A stretch of DNA of 64,000 bases, taken from the human T2T-CHM13v2.0 reference genome, Homo sapiens. The notes beneath the pieces were generated by a model, which did no database searches, had not been told where the DNA came from, and saw only the letters and a list, made by a program, of their open reading frames with translations. Position 1 is the stretch's first letter; each line of letters begins with the position of its first letter. A program made the position numbers and the translations under genes. The stretch lies in the NCBI RefSeq assembly GCF_009914755.1, contig NC_060928.1; one strand, given 5' to 3'. Shown here piece after piece: positions 15,230 to 28,764 of this stretch.

Positions 15230-16640
15230 TAACTAACAATTTGAAATATCATATATGAAACTGTAATGGGTGAAATAAGAGCAAAATATATACAGCTCAT
15301 AATAGTAAAGATGCAGTAAAGAGGAAATTGGTAGATTGGAATATCAGATTGAGAAACTCCCAGATGGCCGAAGGAAGGCTTGAAAATATAAAAGGAAGGA
15401 AGCTTAAACATATAAGATAAATAACTAATACATATCACAAAGGCCTAGTAATTAGAACAGTACAGCTTGGCTGAATGATAGATAAATAGATTGAATTAAG
15501 AGTTCAGAGGCAGAACTATGTGTATAGGAATATAAAATACTATAAATATGTTACTATGAATCAAAAGGACAATAATACATTGTTCAATCTATAAAAATTG
15601 GTTCACAATATGAGAAAACCTAAAACTATATCTCTATATAATACCAAATTCACTCCAATTGGATTAATTACAGAAAAGTGAAAGGAAAAGCTACAAAGTT
15701 AGTAGAAGGAAATGTAGAAAGTATCTCTAACCTAGGGAGAAAAAATTCCTATATAAAACTTCTCACCAACATATAAAAGAGGATTAATTGAATTACATCA
15801 TAATTAACAATTTCTATTAGTGAACGGCACTATAAACAAAACTATTAGAAGGATGACAGAAGGGGAGATTATATTTACATATTTAAAATTGGCAAAAATA
15901 AATATACAAAAAACATATAACAAGGAGATTTTGAAAATCAACAAAAATTACATAATAATTCCAACAGACAAATGAGCAAAGGTTAGAAAGTGTCATTTAC
16001 AGAAGAGAAAGACTTAAGTGCTAATAAGCATATGAAGAGATGCACAAGTCATTTGAAATAAAAATCATGCAAATGAAAGCAACAATGAAATATTAGCTTA
16101 TACCTATTTCTCTGGCAAAACTTTAAAAACAGATTCATTCTAGGTATGTGCATACACGCTAGAATACAGAAACTTTGGAGCACTGGTGTTGTCACTGTAG
16201 ACTACAGAATCCATTCTGGATAACAACCAGTTAATACAAAGTCAAATAACTCTTATGCATACATTTTGTTCAGGGAAGTCTGTTCCTGGGAATACATAGT
16301 GCAGAATTTCTTACACAGATCCAGAAGGGGTCATTTATTAGGACACTCAATACATAGCATAATGAGATAGTAAAGAGTTACTGGCAACCTGGGTGTCCAT
16401 CACTTGGAAAGCAGGTGGCGAAGTATAGTGGATACACAACTTATAGCAATTAAAAGAAAAAAACACACACAGACACACATGCACATAACAGAGCATGGCT
16501 GGATCTTATAAATACAGCTCTAAGTAACAAAAAAAGCAAAAAAAAGAATCATGCAAAGCACCTTATTATTTATTTAAATTAAAAATATTTGCATGTAATC
16601 TATATACATTTTTTTAAAACACATAAATGTAAATGCATAC
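15230..16640 (+). mobile_element. Ancient L1ME-like ORF2 3' end and 3' UTR remnant
   Basis: A-rich strand; L1 motifs aaatgagcaaagg...catttacagaagag...gctaataagcatatgaagagatgc...atgcaaatgaaagcaacaatgaaata. Confidence 0.75.
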
Positions 16641-17149
16641 TAAATATATTTGAATTGTTGTTTCTGAGGAGGAATGGAAGAAAAACACCTACAAACAGAG
16701 AAGAAAGGAAGGAAAGGACAGGAAGAAGGATGTTTGAGGGAGGGAGAGAAGGAGGAATAAAAAAAGAGAGGATAATTGAATGAACCAACAATGATAAAAT
16801 ACCATGAATAGTATGATTCATCCAACTTTCTGGATTTGAGGTTTTAAACAAAGGGATTAATAATGTGTAAGAAAATATCTTTTCCTTCAGAGAAAGATGA
16901 CGAGCACATAAAAATATGTGTCCTATTTTGTTTAACTGCATCCCAGAATTATATACACATAAACAAAGTAAATAAGAAAGTAGGAAAAAAGATAATATAT
17001 TTTCGTTTTTATTCCATAGTTTTACAACTTTGGTATAATTTGTATGACATACAATAGCATAGAGTCTGACCATTACTATATGTTCAATAGACATTCGTTA
17101 AGCCATCTGTGCCATAATTAGTAAAAAAAAAAAGGAAAGAGAAGTATAT

Positions 17150-18150
17150 TTATTTCTACTTTTGAAAAAGATGGAATAAAATAGACCATATTTACATTCC
17201 CATGTGAAACAACTAAAAAATATCGAAACCCTAGTTTATAAGATGCTGAACAGACAAGGAAAGACAGAAAACAATGTGAGCTCCGGGACGGCCCAGGCTA
17301 TGTAGCCTAAAGTTTCTAGGCTGTGGTGGAGGGAGGAGAAAACTAGTGGAGCCTGTTAGACTTTCTGAGTTGAGGAGAAGATGCCAGGCATCTTTGGAAG
17401 CCAATGTGACTAGGGTTTCCAGAACAGAAGGGGAGACAAAGCTGCAAAGATATGTATAAACACCCCTTCTCCCCTTCCCTTACACCTCGTATGCAGTATT
17501 GATCAGTGCAGATACCCGAGGAAACTACCTGACTCTAGAGCAGAACCACCAGAAAAGTTTAGCGATTTAGGAACAGATTATGCAAAGAGCCTGGAATAAT
17601 GCCTGTTCCTACTAATCAGCCTGGAGAAATTTCATAATTCATAGCTATTGGGTAGAATACTGAAAAAAAGAAAGTCTTGTCTCTATAGTGAGAAAGAGTT
17701 ATTCCTAGGCCAAATACTGCTTTGATCCTAGCTAACAAACCTTAAAAGCAAGAATTGAAAAATCAAACTCTTTTTGTATAACTTAACTGCATCTCAGAAC
17801 AAAGTTCGAGAAACAGGAAAATAAGACACATAATGAGGAGAAAAATTAATCATTTGAAACTACATCAGAACTGTCACAGATTTTACAATTAGAAAAGTAC
17901 CTTAAAAAACTGTTATTAAAACTGCATTCTATGAGTTTAAAAAGTTAAGTAGAGGCATATACTACCTTTCAGAGATGAAAACACAACGTGTGAGATGAAA
18001 ACATACTAGATGGAAATAATGGCAGATAGACATTGCAGAAGAAAAAATTTGGTAAAATTTAAAAACTATGACAGTAACTTCATAAAAAGACACTGCGAGA
18101 AATACATAATTTTAAAAGTGAAAAAAGCATAAGTGAGCTATGGGGCAATA
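17150..18150 (+). mobile_element. L1M (L1MC/MD-type) 5' UTR and ORF1 start remnant
   Basis: gaaacaactaaaaaa 5' motif; ORF1-like agatagacattgcagaagaaaaaa...aagcataagtgagctatggggcaat. Confidence 0.65.
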
Positions 18151-18968
18151 GAAGTTTCCATCTATTTCTAATTTGCTGAAAGTTGTTACGAGACATGTTA
18201 GATTTTTTCAAGTGCTCTTTCTGCATCTATTGAGAGGATCATTGGTTTTTAATGTTTAGTTTGTCATTATTGTGAATTGTATTCATAGGTTTTTATTGCA
18301 AAATCAACCTTGCATTCCTGGGATAATTTTTTTTCACACTTGGTCAATAGTTATAATCTTTATTCACTATATACAGTTGGATTTGACGTGCTAAATTTTA
18401 TTTAGAATTTTCATGTCTAAATGCATAAAGGGTATCTGTAGATTTCTTTTTTTACAAAGTCTTTTTTCTAGTTTTATCATCGGGGTAATGCTGGCCTCAT
18501 AGAATGTGTTAAGAAGTATGCCCTCATCTTCAATTTTCTGAAAGAGTTATATAAAATTGGTTTTACGTCTTTAAATGTTTGTAGAAATTATAAAGAAAGC
18601 CATTTAAGTCTGGAGTTTTCTTTGTGACAATGTTTTAACTACAAATTCAGTTACCTTAATACATTTAAGGCTATTCATGTTATCTCTTTCTAAGTGAGCT
18701 TTGGAAGTTTGTGTCTTTCATGGAATTTGTACCACTCTGTAAAGATGTTGAATGTAAAGCCATAAATTCTTCATAATATTCTGTTGTATTTCTTTTAGTA
18801 TCTTTACAACATATAAGCATGATCCTGCTCTCATTCTTAAGATCAGTAATTTGTGTCTTCTCTATTTGTTTTTCTAAACAGTCTGGCTAGATGTTTATCA
18901 ATTTTATTTATCTCAGTGAAACAGCTTTAATTTAATTTTCTGTATTATTTTTCTGTTTTGTATTTCAT
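18150..18968 (-). mobile_element. L1M ORF2 fragment, inverted relative to the flanking L1 pieces
   Basis: T-rich strand with antisense ORF2 motifs tctgcatctattgagaggatcat, caaccttgcattcctgggataa, gtaatgctggcctcatagaatg. Confidence 0.85.
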
Positions 18969-19327
18969 AATCCAAAAATAACAAGTTGATAACTTATTTA
19001 TCAAATTTAAAACTTATTGTCTTTGAAAACATTGATAAAAGTGAAATACAGTCCATACATCAAAAGGAAATATTTGGAAATCACATATCTAATGAAGAAC
19101 TCATATCTAGTATATATAAAAAAATTATAAAACTTCAGTAATAACACAACAACAACAAACATACAATTTGAAATAGACAAAAAAAAATGGATAGTTTGCA
19201 ACAGTATATATATGGATAGCAAATAAGCACGTGAAAATATCTCCAACATCATTAGTCATCAGGGAAACACACAATGAAATAAGCCTACACACATATTAGA
19301 ATGGCTAGATTAAAAAGGCTACCTAGT

Positions 19328-19646
19328 GGCCGGGCGCAGTGGCTCACACCTGTAATCCCAGCTCTTTGGGAGGCCGAGGCGGGCAGATCATGAGATCAGG
19401 AGATCGAGACTATTCTGGCTAACACGGTGAAACCCCGTCTCTACTAAAAATACAAAAAATTAGCTGGGCGTGGTGGCGGGCACCTGTAGTCCCAGCTACT
19501 AGGGAGGCTGAGGCAGGAGAATGGCTTTACCCCGGGAGGCGGAGCTTACAGTGAGCCGAGATCGCGCCGCTGCACTCCAGCCTGGGCGACACAGCGGGAC
19601 TCAGTCTCAAAAAATAAATAAATAAATAAAAATAAACAAATTAATT
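19328..19646 (+). mobile_element. AluY
   Basis: AluY diagnostics ggctaacacggtgaaacc, ggagaatggc, ggagctt; CpG-rich; (AAAT)n tail; TSD taaaaaggctaccta. Confidence 0.97.
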
Positions 19647-20275
19647 TAAAAAGGCTACCTATACCAAGTATTGATGAAGATGAAACTGGAATTTTTATAT
19701 ACATCTAGTGAAAATGCAAAATATTACATCCATTTTGGAAAAGAGTTTTGCAGTTTCTTAAAATGTTAAACATACACGATCGTAGAAAGTAGACATTCTA
19801 CCATACGGGAGTAGAAAGTATAAGTCTACACACACAGTTGCACATAGATGTTCATAGTCTTTTTATTTTTAAAAAGCAAAAACTACATACAACCCAAATA
19901 TCCATTAACAGCTAAATGTATAAAGAGATATTGGTATAGCCATAAAAGAAAATACAACTCGGCAATAAAAAGGATGAATAATTGATACTCATAACAAAGT
20001 GGACAAATTTCAAAATTATTATGCTGAGTGAAAGAAGTCTGAGAAAAAAAGAATTTATATTGTAAGGCCACATTTACATAAAACTTGGAAAAGGCAAACT
20101 AATTTATCATGGCTTAAACCCACCAGAGGTTACCTGCGGGGAGAGAGAAGCTGTTGGTAGGGTTTGGTAAAGGGTGGGAGAAACAGAAGGGTGAATCACA
20201 AAGGAAAATGAGGAGACTTTGGGGAGTGATCAATATGTCCATTATTTTGATTTTCATGATGGGTTGGTGGGTGTA

Positions 20276-20626
20276 CAGTCAGCCCTTCATATCCACAGGT
20301 TTCACATCCACAGATTCAACCAACCATTGATTAAAACTATTTGAAAACAAATACAAAATTACAATACAAAACTGAACATTTCACAAATGAAAAATATAAC
20401 AACTTTTACATTGTATTAGCTATTACATGTAATCTAGAGATAGCAAATTATTAGCTATTATATGTAATTATTAGCTATTATTTTTAATCTAGACATATAT
20501 GAGAGGATGTGTGAGTTAGATGCAAATATTACACAATTTTATATCAGGAACTTGAACATCTGTGGATTTTGGTTTATTTGTGGAAATCCTGGAACCAATT
20601 TCCCCATGGATACTGTGGGATTACTG
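20276..20626 (+). mobile_element. MER2 (TcMar-Tigger MITE)
   Basis: Terminal inverted repeats cagtcagcccttcatatccacagg ... ccatggatactgtgggattactg flanked by TA; ~350 bp; internal local repeats of ttagctatta. Confidence 0.9.
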
Positions 20627-20797
20627 TATATATTAGCAAATTGTACCTTTACATGTGCGTCATATATTGTATGTTAATTATAACTCAATAAAGCTGCATT
20701 TTAAAAAAATGCTTAGTAAAGGTATAAAAATACACTTGAAGAAAATCGCCCCACCGTGTAAAGACAGAACTTAATTGAACATACAAATTCACAGTTA

Positions 20798-21075
<278 letters not shown>

Positions 21076-21127
21076 CTAAAGTGATATTTTTTTTACCTGT
21101 TACTCTCACTTACTGAAGCCCTTAAGC

Positions 21128-21390
21128 CAGGGGTCCCCAGTCACGGACCGGTACCAGTCCATGACCTGTAGGGCACCAGGCAGCACAGCAGGAGGTGAGT
21201 GGTGGGTGAACTAGCATTACTGCCTGAGTTCCCCACCCCCTTTCAGAAAGCCATGGCATTAGATTCTCGTAGGAGCCGGAACCCTATTGTTAACTGCGCA
21301 TGTGAGAGATCTAATGTTCACTCTTCATTTGTGGAAAAATTATCTTCCACAAAATCGGGTCCCTCTTACTAAAAAGGTTGGGGACCACTG
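21128..21390 (+). mobile_element. MER1B (hAT-Charlie MITE), probably internally shortened
   Basis: Terminal inverted repeats caggggtcccca ... tggggaccactg; perfect 8-bp TSD ccttaagc (21120-21127, 21391-21398). Confidence 0.93.
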
Positions 21391-22399
21391 CCTTAAGCCA
21401 TAGGCATAGACTCTTCGAATGTATCAGATAAGGCTCATTCTTCACAAGCAAGAATTATATTATGTTATTTTCAATGTCATTAATTGCAAAAATAATGTAA
21501 TTTTAGGTATGTGTCTCCTTCCTATTTTCAGGTAGAAAATTCAACTTTGGCCATGGACAGCAGCAAAAAAATAAAAAATAAAAAATAAGTTAACATAAAT
21601 AGTTCCCTGTAGTTTTTGATCATCAGTGTGTGCTGCTTCCCTCTAGGAAACCCACAGTTTCATTTCACATGGTTCTCTCAGTTTCCTCTGTCCTGATGCC
21701 TCTCTACCTTATAAATCTTTACCAGAGCTGGCAACCATAAAATGTTTCCACTTCGAGTTTCTGATTCTTTTCTGGAAAACTTCAAAGTGGATTAAATATC
21801 ACCATTGATTGTCCTAATCACAGATCTATACCACAGTTTGCTTCCTCTGTTCCCCCAATTCTCTTGTTAGCCTGAAAGAAATTATTTCTGTCCATGTCTC
21901 CTTCTATCTCTTCTTCCTTCAGGGAAGCGAGACTGATTTCTTCAGTAGTTTTGGTTTTAGAAAACAAATGCCAAACAAAGAGAGGGTCCCGGAAACAAAT
22001 TCTGCTTTTCCTTCCTGCCAAAATTGCCTATGTTAGGAAAAGGAGGCTCAAAACTGTATTATCTACAGGACAGAAGAAAAAAAAAAAAGGAAGAATTCAA
22101 GGTGAAACAGCTACATTGATGCCTGAAACCTTTCATATGGACGAAAGTTTTAATTTCTGAAGCTTTTTGGTGGGATTTGCTAAAATATTTTCAGTAGTCC
22201 AATTCAGTGAACAGTGAAGGCTGCCCATGTCTTACAAAACAATGCACTTGCATTTCATCATGAACAAGGCCAGTAGAACCAGCTTATACTCCGTCTTTGT
22301 GAACATGTGAGTGTGTATGTATGTGTGTGTGTAAGACAGAGAAATAGAGAACTATAAACTGTACTTCATTTTCCAAAATAATTATTTAACTTATGTTAA

Positions 22400-22570
22400 G
22401 TGTTTTCTCAGATATTGGCTATGTTTTTCTCACTTCAGCCCTTATGAGAAAATAATTTAATGATACTCTATATTAACAAAAAGTAAGCTAGGCTGAGAGA
22501 AATTAAGTGACTTGTCAAAAACATGCAATTAATGTGACAGAGGTAGAATTTGAAACCAAGTTGTTAACAC
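22400..22570 (-). mobile_element. MIR fragment
   Basis: aggctgagagaaattaagtgacttgtcaaaa...acagaggtagaatttgaaacc. Confidence 0.65.
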
Positions 22571-22610
22571 CTCTCTTTTATGTAATTTTCATATTTCAGT
22601 ATTATATAAG

Positions 22611-22981
22611 TGATATGCATTGAATGATTTTGTTCATTCCAAAACTCACATGAAAAGTCAATCCCCAATGAAACAATGTTGGGAGGTGGGGTCTAAAGGG
22701 AGGTGTTTATGTCATGTGGGTGGAATCCTCATGAATGAATCAATGCCATTATATAGGGCTTGAGGGAAGAAGTTTGCTCTCTCTCTTTCTCTCTCTGTAT
22801 CTGCCCTTCTACCTTTCATCATGGGATGACACAGCAAGAAGGCTCTCTCCAGATTCTGACACCTTGATTTTGGACTTCCCAGTTCCTAAAGCTGTAAGCC
22901 AATGACTTTCCATTCTTTATAAATTACCCAGTTTTCAGTATTCTCTTATATAGCTTTGGCAGCACAAAATGGACTAAAATA
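22611..22981 (+). mobile_element. MST-family (MSTC/D-like) MaLR solo LTR
   Basis: tgatatgcattgaatg start; gggaggtggggtctaa; ataaattacccagt; ends ggactaaaata; TSD ataag/ataat. Confidence 0.85.
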
Positions 22982-23284
22982 ATAATCTATCAGCAGAGCT
23001 AGGTTGAAATTTCAGTTTGACATTTTAGCACAGAAGACGTACTCTTCTCTGCTATAAAATTAGGAGAGCCAATTAGGTAACCACCACGTTTACTATAAGA
23101 ACTATGTCAAAATATACAAACAAATTGTTAAACCAATATGATGTTCTTAACATGAGCAATTCCTCTACTTTCTCTGGAGAAAAACAGAAATTATCCCCAA
23201 ATCACTTTGGTAATGTTTACCATTTAAAAGATTAATTTTTGTCTATTTAATATAATTTCAGAAAATATCAATGAAATATAATCA

Positions 23285-23727
23285 AACACATCATAATGAC
23301 ATTTCATTCTCATAAGATTATAATACTGTATATTTATTTTACCTTTTCTATATTTAGATACGTTTAGATACACAAATACCATTGTATTACAACAGCCTAG
23401 AATATTCAGTACAGTAACATGTACAAGTTTGTAGCCTGGGAATAATAGGCTATATCGTATAGCCTAGGTGTGTAGTAAGCCTGGGAATAATAGGCTATAT
23501 CGTATAGCCTAGGTGTGTAGTAAGCCTGGGAATAATGGGCTATATCATATAGCCTAGGTGTGTAGTAAGCCTGGGAATAATAGGCTATATCGTATAGCCT
23601 AGGTGTGTAGTAAGCTATGCCATCCAGGTTTATGTAAGTCCACTCTATGATGTTTACACAATGATGAAATTGCCTAACAATGCATTTCTCAGAATATGTC
23701 TGTGTTGTTAAGAAATGCACCATTGTA
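23285..23727 (+). mobile_element. Tigger3a/MER7-like TcMar-Tigger element
   Basis: cataagattataatactgta, cagtacagtaacatg, gaaattgcctaacaatgcatttctcagaa motifs. Confidence 0.85.
23434..23613. repeat. 45-bp minisatellite, 4 copies
   Basis: Unit gcctgggaataataggctatatcgtatagcctaggtgtgtagtaa at 23434, 23479, 23524 and 23569; copies 1, 2 and 4 identical, copy 3 has 2 substitutions. Confidence 0.98.
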
Positions 23728-23967
23728 ACTCAATTCAGACCAAAAAAAAGAAAGGTTTTCTAAAAGAAGTTATTTACTACAGTGTTGCTCATTCTTTACT
23801 GGCAAACACTTTCTATGAGCCAGTTTTAATAAGTAATTAAGAGCTAAAAATGTAAAAATTTCTGGATGACAAAGCTATTCATGACAATGAATGCACTGCA
23901 AGAAACCTAGTGAAGCATAGTTAAGAGTAGGGTGGTACATTTCTTCCATTTGCCTCTCCCAATATGC

Positions 23968-24437
23968 TGTACACCCCCTCCTCCGTGTGTGTGTGTTTGT
24001 GTGCATGTATGTGTGTGTGTTTGCTGAGATGCTGATTCATATGAACCATATATGGACAGGACACTCGGCCTCTCAGGATTGGTTGTTGGATTCAGATGAA
24101 GAAACGAGAAATGAGAATGAGGTCAAGGTCCTTATTCTTGTTGCCTAAGTGTGAGAGCAACTTAGGTTGTCTTTGTTCCTCTAATGACAACCTGTTCTAT
24201 TAGATTCTTCCTCTTTTCAACATTTGGAAGCCTCTTTCATTTTTTTAAAAAATCCCTTCAGCCTTACATGTGATAACAGTCCTGCTACTAATAGTCAAGA
24301 ATTTTGCACTATTCGTTTCTTTCGGTTTCCTATACACATCCACACCTTTGTAATTAATTTCTTGGTAAATAAACCTTCATCAAATTATTCTAATTTGAGT
24401 GTGCCATCTGTTTCTTGTTTGGACCCTGATTGATACA
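23968..24437 (+). mobile_element. LTR33-like ERVL solo LTR
   Basis: 3' end aataaacc...tttgagtgtgccatctgtttc...ggaccctgattgataca; 5' boundary approximate. Confidence 0.65.
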
Positions 24438-26231
24438 AATAATTGTGTAAACTTCTAGAAATGTGCTTGCATATAAAACTTATATTCATATATATATATA
24501 TATATATAACAATTTTCATCTCAAAAGCTAGTAGCTTTCTCTGCACACCCCGTTTGTTTCAATTAATAAAATATTTGTAAACTTTAAAGAATATAAAATG
24601 TGGAAGGCTATCAGATGAAAGGTAAATATTATTTATAATGGAAATGTTTATGGTCAGAAAAAGAATTTAATCAAAAATATTTTTTTCAAACTTCCCACAA
24701 CTTCAGAATCTGTCAAACGATAATGTCACTGTAGGATAGAAGACTATTAGTTTTTTAAAAAAGAAACACATTCTTCTTTTCTTCCAATCCCACAAAACAA
24801 TGATTTCCTTCAAAGTAAATCCTTACATAGCTATTTAGTAAAACAGAGCACATTTACCACCTCAGTAAAAATGCATGTTACTTGAAAGTGAAAAATATCA
24901 GGGAGTGGTAGTATAATTGTAGGTGGGCCTCATTATCCCTGAGATGAAAGTGGAATAGCTCATATTGGACAACTACAAAACTGCTGCTACTGTCACTAGT
25001 AATATGTCTTTCTGATAGATTGGGGGGTTTGTTCTTTGAGCAGATTTGGAAATATTAGTAGGGAGGGAGAGGGACCATCTTTTGACTCTGAGAATGAGTT
25101 AGCAGGGTTTGTGTGCCCTTTGTTCAGCTTTCAGGCGTCTGCAATCATCATATTCTGTGTGTAGCTGCTTTTTCTTCTTACATTACTCAGCTTCGTGGGA
25201 TTCTAAATATAACCACCCACAAGTTTTCATTTTCTTGACATCTTCTTAACTCCCATCAATATATTTATTATCAGAATGTTCTAATAAAAGTCACTGAAAA
25301 TGCCTTTCCAATTACATAAATATTCTAGAGAAGTATTAAATAACATTAACAAAATAAATAAATTATCTTGAAATCTAAAAGGAATAACATAACCCTGAGG
25401 AAAAATGACATTTTCACAGAAAATACAACCATATGGCCATGTGAGAACACTTTTCCTTATTTACATCACCTTATTATTAAACATTCTCTATGCTATTGTC
25501 TGGAAGACTGCAACCACTGTATGTTTAAACAGATTCCATTCTACTCATTTAATATGATTATGAAATAGATTGATTATTTCCAAAAAAAAAAACATACTGT
25601 TTTCTCCATGGCACTCCTTTTCTCTATGAATTCCATCAGTTTTGGGCTAGGAAGTGAGTTCTCATAAATGCCCCGGAGGAGTCTGCTTTCTTTCAGTTGG
25701 CAATTACCCCTTTCTCAGAGTTTACTTCAGCACTAAGATTTAAGAGTCCTGTGGAACCTCTATCTGTGCCTGCATTATTCCTTTTACCATTTAAAGCTAC
25801 ATGCGTCTTTTTAAGCCAAACAAGAATGGGCATACTCTGTTAGTCATATCAGTGTCTAACTGGAAGTCTCTGTCTTAGAACACATTTCTTATTAAGAACA
25901 CTGTAATCTAATAGAAGCACATTGTAATACTGGCTATAACCCTAACCAGGATTGGAACTCAGTGTATACCTCCTGTAATAGAAATAACCATAATATGTTA
26001 CAAAGCAAAAAAAAAAAAAAAAAAAAGAAAGCTATCATAGACCTGAGACCTGTATAACTATTATACTAAAAAACTTAAGAAATTTTTAAGACATAAAAAT
26101 GGGGAATGATATAAAATATACATTAATTTTACTAGAGATTCCAATGTATTCAAAGTTCACCCATGGCAAATAAAATATATATTTATACTATACCTATACT
26201 ATATCTTAAATCTGACCTAAATTTATGATGG

Positions 26232-26808
26232 TGCCATAGACATAATAATATTCCCCTCACCAAAAATGCCCACTCGCTAATCCCTGGTACCTGTGAATAC
26301 ATTACAAATTTATATTCGATGTCATTAAGTTGACTGGCTTAGAGAAGGGGAGATTATCCTGGTTCATCTAGGTGTGCTCAGAGTACTCATGTGGATGTGT
26401 AAGAAGAGCACAAGAGGGAGGAAGAGATGAATCAGAGACACGCAGCAGAAATGGGAGGCACAGGAGAGATTTCAAGCATGAGAAGGACTGGACTGCCATT
26501 GCCAGCTCTGGAAATTGAGTCAGGCAGCCTCCAGGAAGCTGAAAAGACCCTTGGCCAACAGCCAACCAAGAAGCCAGGGCTTTATTCCTATAGCCACATG
26601 GGCTCAATGCTGCCAACAATCTGAATGTTTTTGGAAACAGATTTAACCCCAGAGACTGCAGATAGAAATTAGCCCTGCTGACTCCTGGATTTCAATCTTT
26701 TGACAAGCCAAGTCCACTGACCTACAGAACTGTGAGATAATACATTTGTGCCGCTTAAGCTACAAAATGTGTGGTAATTTGTTAAAGCAGCAGTAGAAAA
26801 TGCATACA
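26232..26808 (+). mobile_element. MLT1D/E-like MaLR solo LTR
   Basis: ctaatccctggtacctgtgaata, ggggagattatcctgg, gacctacagaactgtgagataata, gtggtaatttgttaaagcagcagtagaaaatgcataca. Confidence 0.85.
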
Positions 26809-27058
26809 GTAGGGTAAGCTTCGCTTGTGATTATATTGATGGTTCCAATTCTTCTAAATAACCAGATTAATTTTATTTTACATCATTTCATTTTATTTCT
26901 TCTAATTTTATTTATCATCAACAGACAGAAGGGATGTCATAAATTAAGATATGTCACTGCCCAGTTAAGGCAAAAACAGGTTGGATTGATAATAGATGCT
27001 TGAGTGATCTTCCAATATACATATTACAGCTGTCTTTACGTCATCTGTCTGGTTTTCT

Positions 27059-27363
27059 TTTCTTTTTTCTTTTTTTTTTTTAAAGATGGAGTCTCACTCT
27101 GTCGCCCAGGCTGGAGTGCAGTGGTGCCATCTCCACAGGCTGCAAGCTCCGCCTCCTGGGTTCACGCCATTCTCCTGCCTCAGCCTCCTGAGTAGCTGGG
27201 GCTACAGGTGCGTGCCACCATGCCCAGCTAATTTTTTGTGTTTTTAGTAGAGATGGGGTTTCACCGTGTTAGCCAGGATGGTCTCCATCTGCTGACCTCA
27301 TGATCCACCCACCTCAGCCTCCCAAAGTGCAGGGATTACAGGTGCGAGCCACCGCGCCCGGCC
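27059..27363 (-). mobile_element. AluY
   Basis: Antisense diagnostics gcaagctccgcc, ttcacgccattctcc, ccgtgttagccaggatgg; TSD ctgtctggttttct. Confidence 0.96.
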
Positions 27364-27699
27364 AACTGTCTGGTTTTCTAAGGAGCTAAGATGTTAGTAC
27401 TACCTAGCCCCTTTGCTTCTGTGTTTGTTTTAGGACAGATAACTAGGTAACAAATTTGGCCTACCCAAGGCTTTGTGCCTCTGATTGTTGGGATGAGGAT
27501 TTGACATCTTCTTTGAGTTTTGTGGAGAAAGAGAAGGAAGCTGGCACCGAAACTAAACACCAGAGATAAGGAGAGAGCCTACATGGTTCTAGTCATTCCT
27601 CTGTACCTTTCTATCTTGACATGAGATAATAAGTTACTTTTTTTCTCAAGCTAGACAGGTATGTGTCTCTGTCATCTGCAAATAAAAAGACAGTGATGA

Positions 27700-28216
27700 A
27701 TACTTACTCATTTCCTATTGATACTGTAAAAATGATTACAAACATAGTGGCTTAAGAACAACACAAATTTATTATCTTACAGCTCTGATGGTCAGAAGTC
27801 TGACCTAGTTCTCACTAAACTAAAATCAAGATGCCAGCAGAGCTCTGCTCCTTTCTGGAGGCTCTACGGCAGAATCTGTTTCCACGAGTTTTCCAGCTTC
27901 TGGAGGTCATCCTCATTCCTTGGCTTATGGGCCCTTTCCTCTCTCTTCAAAATGTGGTAAGGTTGCATTGACTGTGATGTTCTGTCATGCTCACATCTCC
28001 AGAGCCTTCTGCCTCCCTCTTTCCCTAGTAAAAATCCTTGTAGTTACAATGGGCCCAATCAAATAATTAGAAGAATTTCTCTTTTTTAAGGTCAGCCCAT
28101 TAGCAAACTTAATATCATCTGCCACTTTAATTCTCCATTTGCCATGTAAACATATTTATACGTTCTGGGGATTAAGGCATGGACTTCTTTGCAAGGGAAT
28201 TATCCTGCCCACCACA
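27700..28216 (-). mobile_element. MLT1D/E-like MaLR solo LTR
   Basis: gtggcttaagaacaacacaaatttattatcttacag...tctggggattaaggcatggac...cctgcccaccaca. Confidence 0.85.
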
Positions 28217-28239
28217 TGTTCTGAGAGTTCAGAGAGTAA

Positions 28240-28440
28240 TGGTCAGAGAAGCTGGGCTCACATTCTAATTCCTGCTTGTTGTGTGATGTTGGACATTTAT
28301 TAATATTTTCTGAGCCTGAGCTTTCTCAGCCCTAACTTAGAAGCCATAGAAACGACTTAATATAAAAGGTTTGAAAATTAAATTTATGTAAAGTGCTTAG
28401 AAAAGTGTTAATATAGTAGTAATGTAATAAATAATAATTA
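28240..28440 (+). mobile_element. MIR fragment
   Basis: tctgagcctgagctttctc...tatgtaaagtgcttagaaaagtg. Confidence 0.6.
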
Positions 28441-28764
28441 TAATTGTAAGCCTTATATCAGAGAGAAAAATTCACCAGAATTCTGGCTTGAGAAAGTAGA
28501 AGATAGTGACTGTGATTAAGAGAATAAACAATGATTCTCCTAACACTTTGGTATGTATATTACTGAAGAGAAGGGTCTGAGAGAGAAACACAGTTTCTTT
28601 ACCTCTATCTTTTAAGAGTAGAAGAGCTTCTAGACCTGATGATTTCTTTGGTGAGTTAAGTTTCCCCAAATGGACATTAAAAAAAAAAAAAAAAAACTTC
28701 TGGTAGAAGTGAAATTGATTTCAAGGATATTTAGTAGCATCTGGTAAAAAATGCACATATCCCA

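Larger units (their letters stand above)
18969..20710 (+). mobile_element. L1MC/MD-type 3' end (interrupted by AluY and MER2)
   Basis: ORF2 C-terminal motifs (aacatcattagtcatcagggaaa), 3' UTR tatgctgagtgaaagaagt, ends ctcaataaagctgcattttaaaaaaa. Confidence 0.85.

Noticed and set aside
23406-23723. CRISPR-like palindromic repeats and an ORF with an AYYTPRLYDIAYYSQ repeat
   Set aside because: Units are directly adjacent with no unique spacers, there are no cas genes and the context is primate. The ORF is a by-product of a 45-bp period in a Tigger remnant.
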